32,000 nt of DNA from Deinococcus radiodurans R1 = ATCC 13939 = DSM 20539. GTDB taxonomy: Bacteria > Deinococcota > Deinococci > Deinococcales > Deinococcaceae. Positions 23,015-32,000 of this stretch are shown here, piece after piece (position 1 is the first letter of the stretch; each line of letters starts with the position of its first letter). Location of the stretch: the NCBI RefSeq assembly GCF_000008565.1, contig NC_001263.1, forward strand, positions 2,101,835 through 2,133,834, written 5' to 3'. The position numbers were made by a program, and so were the translations under genes. The notes beneath the pieces were generated by a model, which saw only the letters and a list, made by a program, of their open reading frames with translations, was not told the DNA's origin and searched no databases.

Positions 23015-23794
23015 TTACTCGCCTCCCAGATACGCTTCGATGACTTTGGGGTCGCGCTGCACGCTCGCCGGGTCACCGATGGCGATGAGTTCGCCGAAGT
23101 TCAGCACCGCCACCCGGTCGCACAGGCCCATCACCAGCGGGACGTGGTGTTCGATGAGCAGCACCGTCAGGTCGAAGCGGTCGCGCACCTCGCGGATAAA
23201 GGCGGTGAGCTGTCCCTTCTCGGCGGTGTTCATGCCCGCCGCCGGTTCGTCGAGCAGCAGGATGCGCGGCTCGGTCGCCAGGGCGCGGGCAATTTCCAGT
23301 TTGCGCTGGTCGCCGTAGCTGAAGTTGGCGGCGAGTTCGCCTGCCCGGTCGCTCAGGCCCACCAGGTCGAGCAGTTCCCAGGCGCGGCGCTCGACTTGCC
23401 GCTCCTCGGCGCGGTCGGCCCCGAAAATGCCCTGCCACAGCCCGGCGTGGGTCTGCCGGTGCGTCGCCACCTTCACGTTTTCCAGCGCCGAGAGACCCCG
23501 GAACAGGCGGATGTTCTGAAAGGTGCGGCTGATGCCCAGGCCCGCCACCCGGTGCGGCGAAAGGCCGGTCACCGTCTGCCCGCGTGAGGTCAGGGTGCCG
23601 CTGCTCGGCGGAGTCAGGCCGGTCATCAGGTTGAACAGGGTGGTCTTCCCTGCTCCGTTCGGCCCGATCAGTCCGAAAATCTCGCCCTCGCGCACGTCGA
23701 AGGACACGTCGTTCACCGCCACCAGGCCCCCGAAGCGCCGGGTCATGTTGCGCGCCTGCAAGATGGCGGGCCGCTCGGCTACGGCCACTGTCAC
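23015..23794 (-). CDS. livG: Branched-chain amino acid ABC transporter ATP-binding protein LivG
   Basis: The 259-aa protein has Walker [10 protein letters not shown], signature [15 protein letters not shown] and Walker [11 protein letters not shown]. The GTG start overlaps the livM stop as GTGA. Its TAA abuts the livF ATG. Confidence 0.9.
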   Translation of the reverse strand: MTVAVAERPAILQARNMTRRFGGLVAVNDVSFDVREGEIFGLIGPNGAGKTTLFNLMTGLTPPSSGTLTSRGQTVTGLSPHRVAGLGISRTFQNIRLFRGLSALENVKVATHRQTHAGLWQGIFGADRAEERQVERRAWELLDLVGLSDRAGELAANFSYGDQRKLEIARALATEPRILLLDEPAAGMNTAEKGQLTAFIREVRDRFDLTVLLIEHHVPLVMGLCDRVAVLNFGELIAIGDPASVQRDPKVIEAYLGGE

Positions 23795-24723
23795 GGGCGC
23801 ACCTCGGTCACGGGGGGCAGGTCCGCCGGACGACGGGGCGGGGCCGGACGGCGCCAGCGCTCCAGCGCGCCCACGATGCCCTGCGGCAGATACAGGCTGG
23901 CGACCACCAGCACCAGACCGTTGATGACGAGGCGCCAGTCGGCCAGAAAGCGCAGCACCTCAGGCACGGCGGTCAGCAGCGCGCCGCCCACCACCGGCCC
24001 CCACATGTTGCGCGAGCCGCCGATGAGTACGAAGGCGAGCACCGCAATGGAAGCGTCGAAGGTGCCCTGCTTGGCGTTCCAGGTGTTGAGGAAGGGAGCA
24101 CTTAGCGCGCCCACCAGCCCCGCGAGCACCGCGCCGATGACGAAGGCCAGCACCTTGTAGTGGGTGGGATTGATGCCCATCGCGTCGGCGGCGAGTTCGT
24201 CTTCACGGATGGCGTGAAAGGCCCGGCCCACCCGTGAGCGTGACAGTTGCCGGGCAAACAGCAGCGTGAGCAGCAGCAGCGGCCCGAACAGCCACAGGTA
24301 CTGGAGCGGCTGATCGAAGCCGAACGCCTGCGGAATGGCGAAGATGCCGATGGCGCCCCCGGTGATGCTCAGGTTGAGTGCCAGAATTTGCATGATCTGC
24401 ACGAAAGCGATAGTGGCGAGCGCGAGGTAGATGCCGCGCAGCCGCAGCGCCGGAATGCCAAGGATGAGCCCCAGCACGCCGCATAGCAATGCCGCCGCCA
24501 GCCAGGTCAGCGGAAACATGCCGTTGCCGAGCGTGTCGCGCAGGCCAGCAAACGCCGGATTGGTGAGCAAAATGGCCGCCACGTACCCGCCGAGCGCGTA
24601 GAAGCCGGGCGTGGCGAGGCTGAGTTGCCCGGCCTGCAAGGGAAAATAGAGGCTCAGGCCCAGCAGCCCTGCCTGCACCATCATCACGATGAGGGCGCCG
24701 TAGGTGGAAAAGAAGTCGGTCAT
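23791..24723 (-). CDS. livM: Branched-chain amino acid ABC transporter permease LivM
   Basis: The 310-aa polytopic membrane protein has LivM-like sequence ([35 protein letters not shown]). Confidence 0.88.
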   Translation of the reverse strand: MTDFFSTYGALIVMMVQAGLLGLSLYFPLQAGQLSLATPGFYALGGYVAAILLTNPAFAGLRDTLGNGMFPLTWLAAALLCGVLGLILGIPALRLRGIYLALATIAFVQIMQILALNLSITGGAIGIFAIPQAFGFDQPLQYLWLFGPLLLLTLLFARQLSRSRVGRAFHAIREDELAADAMGINPTHYKVLAFVIGAVLAGLVGALSAPFLNTWNAKQGTFDASIAVLAFVLIGGSRNMWGPVVGGALLTAVPEVLRFLADWRLVINGLVLVVASLYLPQGIVGALERWRRPAPPRRPADLPPVTEVRP

Positions 24724-24727
24724 GCGC

Positions 24728-25702
24728 TCACACCTTCTGAACCTGGGCCTTGCCGAGCAGCCCCTGGGGCCGCAGCAGCAGCACGATAAACAGCAGCGCG
24801 AAGGCCACCGCGTCCTTGTAGGCGCTGTAGTCGGCGGGCACGAACGCCTCGGCCAGGCCGATCACCAGACCGCCGAGCACCGCGCCGGGAATGCTGCCCA
24901 GCCCGCCGAGCACGATGACCGCCAGCCCCTTGAGCCCGAAGGCCTGCCCGAAGTACGGCCCGCCGATGCCGAACGCCAGCGACACCAGCGTGCCCGCCAG
25001 CCCACCCAAAAAGCCCGAGAGGAAAAAAGTGATCAGCACGTAGCGGTCCACGCTGATGCCGAGCAGGCTCGCCGTGCCGGGATTTTCGGCCACCGCCCGC
25101 AACGCCTTGCCGATCTTGGTGCGCCCGATGACGTAGCCCAGAATGCCCAGCATCACCATGCTGACGGCGAAAATCACCAGTTGCACGGTGCGGACCGCCA
25201 CCACCTTGTCGCCCACATGAAAGGTCAGCGCGGGCGGAAACTCGCCGTAGGCATTGGCCGGGAAGCTGTAGCTCTCGGCGCCGACGAGCAGTTGAATGAG
25301 GTTGACGATCACCAGCGCCACCCCCAGGCTGCTCACCAGCGCCAGCAGCGGCTCGGCCCCGCGCGCCCGCATGGGCCGGAAGGCGAGGCGCTCGATCACC
25401 ACCGCGATCAAACCCGCCAGCGCCGAGCCGAGCAGGGTGGCGAGCCCAAAGGCCCAGGGATTGCCTGCCAGCGGTGAGCCGTCGGGAAAGAGATTGATGC
25501 CCTTGAGCAGCCCGTTGTTCTCGAACTGCCCCGACACCAGGGTGTAGGTCAGGTAGGCGCCCAGCGTAAACACGGCCCCCTGCGCGAAATTGATGATGCC
25601 CAGAATCGAGAAGATCAGCGTGTAGCCCAGCGCGAAAATCGCGTAGACGCTGCCGATCGCCAGGCCGTTGACCAGATTCTGGATCAGCTGACTGGGTTCC
25701 AT
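24728..25702 (-). CDS. livH: Branched-chain amino acid ABC transporter permease LivH
   Basis: MEPSQLIQNLVNGLAIGSVYAIFALGYTLIF is a canonical LivH N-terminus. I chose ATG 25702 rather than the track start 25774. Confidence 0.88.
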   Translation of the reverse strand: MEPSQLIQNLVNGLAIGSVYAIFALGYTLIFSILGIINFAQGAVFTLGAYLTYTLVSGQFENNGLLKGINLFPDGSPLAGNPWAFGLATLLGSALAGLIAVVIERLAFRPMRARGAEPLLALVSSLGVALVIVNLIQLLVGAESYSFPANAYGEFPPALTFHVGDKVVAVRTVQLVIFAVSMVMLGILGYVIGRTKIGKALRAVAENPGTASLLGISVDRYVLITFFLSGFLGGLAGTLVSLAFGIGGPYFGQAFGLKGLAVIVLGGLGSIPGAVLGGLVIGLAEAFVPADYSAYKDAVAFALLFIVLLLRPQGLLGKAQVQKV

Positions 25703-25786
25703 TGCCACCCCCAACGTCGGGGCCGCCCGGGGCGAGCGCCCACCGGGAGCGCTGCCGCCGGACGGCCGACGCACTGCACGCGAAGT

Positions 25787-26950
25787 TTATTTCCCAAAGA
25801 CAAAGGAGCCGTTCTTGGCGTCTTTCATCTTGATGCGGGCCACGAAGAACTCCTTCTGGTTGACCTCACCGTCCTTGTCAAAGCGCAGTTCACCCAGCGG
25901 CGTGTCGTACTGGCCGGCCAGCACCTGCTTGTTCAGCTCGGTGCGCAGGGCGGCGAGGTCCCAGGTGCTGAGTTTCTTTTTCTTGTCAATCACCTTCAGC
26001 GCGTCCACGAAGACCTGAATGCCCGCATAGGCCTGCGCCGCGAACTGGGGCGGGTCTTTCTTGTAGAGCTTGCGGTACTCGCTGACGAATTTCTGGTTGA
26101 CTGCGCTCTTCTGGGTGGGGCTGTAGGCCTGGGCGACCAGCACGCCGTCGCAGTCCTTCTGGCAGACCGGGAAGACGTTGGCGGTGTTGAAGCCGTTGCC
26201 GCCTACGATCAGGCCCTTGTAGCCGAACTGCCGCAGCTGCTTGACGATGTTGCCGCCGTCCGCCGCCAGCGCCGAGACGACCACCAGATCGGCGCCCGAG
26301 TTGATGACCGCCGTGACCTGGGTGGTGAAGTCGGTATCGGTGGTGAGCGACTTTTGCACGGTGACGATGTTCAGGCCCTGCGCCTTGAGGGTGGACTGGA
26401 AGGTTTCGGTCTCGCTCACCGAGAAGGCGTCGTTTTGCGCGTACATCACGGCGACTTTCTTGATCTTGGGATTGAGCTTGAGCGCCTGCTTGACGGCGGC
26501 GGGCGCAATGACGGCAATCGGCGCCGAGACGCGGGCCACGTAGGTGCCGATCTGCGGAACGCCCTTGGCGGTGTTGCTGATGCCCAGCACCGGCACCTTG
26601 GCCCGCTCGGCGATGGGGTCGGCGGCAAACGCCTGCTGCGAGAGCGTCGGCCCGACGATGCCCAGCACCCGGTTTTTGTTGATCAGGTTCTGGAAGGCGT
26701 TGATGGCGCCGTTCTCGTCGCCGCCCGCGTCCTGGTAGACCAGCTTGATCGGCGTGCCGTTCACGCCGCCCGCCGCGTTGATCAGTTGCTCGGCCAGCTT
26801 CGCCCCGGCCACCTGCTCCTGCCCGAACAGCGACACATTGCTCGTTTGCGCTACCGCCACGCCCAGCGAAATAGGCGCGGCCTTCTGAGCGGAAGCGGCA
26901 GAAGCCAGACCCAGCGCGGCCCCCAGCAGCAATTTCGTCGCGTTTTTCAT
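25787..26950 (-). CDS. Branched-chain amino acid ABC transporter substrate-binding protein (LivJ/LivK-like)
   Basis: From ATG 26950 the protein begins with a signal peptide (MKNATKLLLGAALGLASAASAQ). The rest is type-I periplasmic binding protein sequence (GVAVAQTSNVSLFGQEQVAGAKLA...). The SD GGAGG sits 5 nt upstream. Confidence 0.9.
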   Translation of the reverse strand: MKNATKLLLGAALGLASAASAQKAAPISLGVAVAQTSNVSLFGQEQVAGAKLAEQLINAAGGVNGTPIKLVYQDAGGDENGAINAFQNLINKNRVLGIVGPTLSQQAFAADPIAERAKVPVLGISNTAKGVPQIGTYVARVSAPIAVIAPAAVKQALKLNPKIKKVAVMYAQNDAFSVSETETFQSTLKAQGLNIVTVQKSLTTDTDFTTQVTAVINSGADLVVVSALAADGGNIVKQLRQFGYKGLIVGGNGFNTANVFPVCQKDCDGVLVAQAYSPTQKSAVNQKFVSEYRKLYKKDPPQFAAQAYAGIQVFVDALKVIDKKKKLSTWDLAALRTELNKQVLAGQYDTPLGELRFDKDGEVNQKEFFVARIKMKDAKNGSFVFGK

Positions 26951-27009
26951 ATGACCCTCCTGGCCTCGAAAGATGAGGCCCACTTCAAAGCAAACTAAAA
27001 GGTGTGCTC

Positions 27010-27038
27010 ACTATGAAAAGCAGAGCACCTGAAGTCAA
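27010..27038 (-). promoter_or_regulatory. Putative promoter of the liv operon
   Basis: The minus strand reads TTGACT (27038-27033), a 17-nt spacer, then CATAGT (27015-27010). It lies about 55 nt upstream of the binding-protein ATG. Confidence 0.4.
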
Positions 27039-27063
27039 GCCGCTGCGCCGACCGTTCTAAACG

Positions 27064-27092
27064 TTGTCTGGAATGGTCGTGTCCCGTATAAT
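27064..27092 (+). promoter_or_regulatory. Putative promoter of the infA-led alpha cluster
   Basis: TTGTCT (27064-27069), a 17-nt spacer and a perfect TATAAT (27087-27092) give a leader of about 130 nt to the infA start. Confidence 0.5.
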
Positions 27093-27220
27093 GAGACACT
27101 GACCCGTGAAACAGCACAGGCACGCGCATCTCCCCGCAAAATGTGCTGGTCAAGGTTGCCGGAACAGCCGATGGGTGGTACTTTTATGTTTGGCTTGTAT
27201 CAGGCCTGGAGGTTGCGTGG

Positions 27221-27474
<254 letters not shown>

Positions 27475-27591
27475 GCGCGGACCGACAGGTTCTGAGGACA
27501 CCAAACAGATTCCCGGTCCGGGCCTTGCCCGTCGGGGGTCGAGTGCAGCCGCCGCATTCCTTTTGGGAACAGGGCTGCACGAGGAGGAAGC

Positions 27592-27705
27592 ATGAAAGTT
27601 CGTAGCAGTGTCAAGAAAATGTGCGACAACTGCAAAGTGGTCCGCCGCCATGGTCGCGTGCTGGTCATTTGCTCCAACGTCAAGCACAAGCAGAGGCAGG
27701 GTTAA
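27592..27705 (+). CDS. rpmJ: 50S ribosomal protein L36 (37 aa; below the ORF-track cut-off)
   Basis: My own translation gives [37 protein letters not shown], with the CxxC...C...H zinc-ribbon pattern. The SD GAGGAGG lies at 27581-27587. Confidence 0.95.
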   Translation: MKVRSSVKKMCDNCKVVRRHGRVLVICSNVKHKQRQG

Positions 27706-27707
27706 GC

Positions 27708-28088
27708 ATGGCGCGTATTGCTGGCATTGACCTTCCCCGCGAAAAGCGCGTCGAGATCGCGCTGACTTACATTTACGGCATCGGCCTGACCCGCTCCAAG
27801 GAAATCCTGGCGCGTACGGGCGTGAGCCCCGACACCCGCGTCAAGAACCTGTCGGAAGCCGAGCAGTCTACCCTGCGCGAGGCCATCGAAAAGACCTACA
27901 AGGTCGAAGGCGACCTGCGCAACGAAGTCGGTCAGAACATCAAGCGTTTGATGGACATCGGCGCTTACCGTGGTCTGCGTCACCGCCGCGGCCTGCCCGT
28001 GCGCGGTCAGCGCACCAAGACCAACGCCCGCACCCGCAAAGGTCCGAAAAAGACCGTTGCCGGGAAGAAAAAGGCCACGAGGAAGTAA
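27708..28088 (+). CDS. rpsM: 30S ribosomal protein S13
   Basis: [26 protein letters not shown]... is the canonical S13 start. The ATG lies 2 nt after the L36 stop. Confidence 0.97.
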   Translation: MARIAGIDLPREKRVEIALTYIYGIGLTRSKEILARTGVSPDTRVKNLSEAEQSTLREAIEKTYKVEGDLRNEVGQNIKRLMDIGAYRGLRHRRGLPVRGQRTKTNARTRKGPKKTVAGKKKATRK

Positions 28089-28091
28089 GCC

Positions 28092-28487
28092 ATGGCGAAA
28101 CCCACCAAAGGCAAGGCTCCGCGCCGCTCCCGGCGCAACATCAGCGCTGGTCGCGCCTACGTGCACGCCAGCTACAACAACACTATCGTCACCATCACCG
28201 ACCTCGACGGCAACTCGGTGGCGTGGTCTTCGGGCGGCACCATCGGCTACAAGGGCAGCAAGAAGGGCACCCCCTACGCTGCTCAGCTCGCCGCCGCCGA
28301 CGCCGTGAAGAAGGCCCAGACCTCCTTCGGCATGGCCGCCGTGGACGTGATCGTGCGTGGGAGCGGCTCGGGCCGTGAACAGGCGATCCGCGCCATCCAG
28401 GCTTCGGGCATCGAAGTCCGCAGCATCATGGACGACAGCCCCGTGCCTCACAACGGCTGCCGCCCCAAGAAGAAGTTCCGCGCCTAA
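28092..28487 (+). CDS. rpsK: 30S ribosomal protein S11
   Basis: The sequence includes GRAYVHASYNNTIVTITDLDGNSVAWSSGG...GSGREQAIRAIQASGIEV..DDSPVPHNGCRPKK. Confidence 0.97.
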   Translation: MAKPTKGKAPRRSRRNISAGRAYVHASYNNTIVTITDLDGNSVAWSSGGTIGYKGSKKGTPYAAQLAAADAVKKAQTSFGMAAVDVIVRGSGSGREQAIRAIQASGIEVRSIMDDSPVPHNGCRPKKKFRA

Positions 28488-28634
28488 CGCGCACGCGCGC
28501 GCCCACCTGCCCCGTTTCCGTTGCTGCTTAGCAGCGTAAGCCCCACCACAGGCGAGGAAACGGGCACCAGAGGGCCGCAAGACCCAGTGCTGCTGACCCC
28601 GTAAGGGCAGCGCACTGTGACAAGGAGTTATGAC
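28488..28634 (+). promoter_or_regulatory. Structured 147-nt spacer upstream of rpsD (candidate S4 autoregulatory leader)
   Basis: A 9-bp stem (28511-28519 with 28556-28564) encloses the hairpin GCTGC-TTA-GCAGC (28523-28535). A second long stem-loop (28586-28616) ends 5 nt before the SD AAGGAG (28622-28627). A regulatory role is inference only. Confidence 0.3.
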
Positions 28635-29252
28635 ATGGGTCGTTTCCGTGGTTCCATCACCAAGCAAAGCCGCCGCGAAGGGATTAACCTCGCGGAGACT
28701 GAAAAGGTTCAGAAGTACCTGGACCGCCGCCCCTACGGCCCCGGCCAGCACGGTCAGCGCCGCAAGGGCCGCCCCAGCGACTACAGCGTGCGTCTGCGCG
28801 AAAAGCAGAAGCTCGCCCGTCTGTACGGCATGAACGAAAAGCAGTTCCGTAACCTCTTCGAGGAAGCGTCGAACGTGCCCGGCGTGACCGGCACCGTGTT
28901 CCTGCAACTGCTGGAGCGCCGCCTGGACAACGTCGTGTTCCGCATGGGCTTTGCCAGCACCCGCCGCCAGGCCCGTCAGTTCGTGGGCCACGGCCACATC
29001 CTGGTCAACGGCAAGAAAGTGGACATCGCCAGCTACCGCGTGAAAATCGGCGACGAGATCAGCGTGGCTGAAGGCAGCCGCAGCATGGGCTTCATCCAGG
29101 AAAACATGGACGCCCAAAAGCGCCGCCGCGTGAGCCCCTGGATCGAAATGGATCAGGACAACTTCAAGGGCACCTTCTCGCGCCTCCCCGCACGTGAAGA
29201 CCTCGCCCTGCCGATCAACGAAAACTTCATCATCGAGTACTACTCGCGCTAA
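28635..29252 (+). CDS. rpsD: 30S ribosomal protein S4
   Basis: [19 protein letters not shown]... is the canonical S4 start. The S4 RNA-binding domain is [47 protein letters not shown] 28635 lies 7 nt after AAGGAG. Confidence 0.96.
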
Positions 29253-29266
29253 ATCAGGAGGTTCCA

Positions 29267-30292
<1,026 letters not shown>

Positions 30293-30377
30293 GCCTTCAC
30301 GATTGACGCTCCACGCGAGCTGACCTTCCCCCACTTTCACCGGCCCCCGCAGGGCCGCCGAACCAAGGAGAACCACC

Positions 30378-30728
<351 letters not shown>

Positions 30729-30745
30729 GCTTCAGACCCAGTGCT

Positions 30746-30773
30746 CTCCCCTGCTGCGGCGGGGGAGTTTTTT
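30746..30773 (+). terminator. Intrinsic terminator of the alpha operon
   Basis: The stem is CTCCCCTGC/GCGGGGGAG (30746-30754 with 30759-30767, one G-U pair) with loop TGCG. TTTTTT follows at 30768-30773. An extra 7-bp hairpin (30722-30738) spans the rplQ stop codon. Confidence 0.8.
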
Positions 30774-30780
30774 ATGATGT

Positions 30781-30820
30781 AAAAGGGGCGCCTTTTCTTT
30801 TAGCGAAGAAAGGCGCCCCT
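30781..30820 (-). terminator. Intrinsic terminator of the U32 peptidase gene (minus strand)
   Basis: A ~14-bp stem, GGGGCGCCTTT(T)CTT with AAGAAAGGCGCCCC (30785-30819), has one bulge. On the minus strand TTTT (30784-30781) follows. It starts 6 nt after the TAA at 30826-30828. Confidence 0.75.
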
Positions 30821-30825
30821 GTGCT

Positions 30826-32000
<1,175 letters not shown>

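Noticed and set aside
27184-27200. Candidate Deinococcus radiation/desiccation response motif (17-bp palindrome of the TTMYGY...RCRKAA type) at TTATGTTTGGCTTGTAT and at other TTATG/TTACG sites (12166, 21559, 28629, 30772)
   Set aside because: None of the sites has the matching 3' half-site (ACGTAA/ACATAA-like). This was an eye scan only, so a proper position-weight-matrix scan could still find a degenerate site.

Overview
This is a high-GC (about 65% by eye) bacterial chromosomal window. Gene content and order look Deinococcus-like, but that attribution comes from memory, not a search. Most of it is ordinary core genome. It holds the 3' half of the spc ribosomal cluster (rpsN-rpsH-rplF-rplR-rpsE-rpmD-rplO-secY, then adk) and the alpha cluster (infA-rpmJ-rpsM-rpsK-rpsD-rpoA-rplQ). 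A five-gene branched-chain amino-acid ABC transporter operon lies on the opposite strand between adk and infA. The window also has a tRNA-Leu(CAG), a sufC-sufB-sufD Fe-S assembly operon, and ybeY-dgkA. Other genes are a type III polyketide synthase, sppA, an MFS transporter, an Rrf2 regulator divergent from a membrane-anchored c-type cytochrome, a WGR/beta-propeller protein and a partial U32 peptidase. The one clearly accessory patch is a 1.4 kb four-gene cassette between sufB and sufD, joined with operon-like junctions. It consists of a roughly 50% GC orphan ORF, a VOC/glyoxalase-fold protein, a small putative antitoxin and a PIN-domain VapC toxin. That cassette is my best candidate for something undescribed, and I rate it only moderately. 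Secondary points are the stand-alone type III PKS, the WGR-propeller protein, and unusually long structured spacers inside the ribosomal operons. I saw no CRISPR array, rRNA, transposase or integrase. Many long antisense ORFs in the track are high-GC artefacts.
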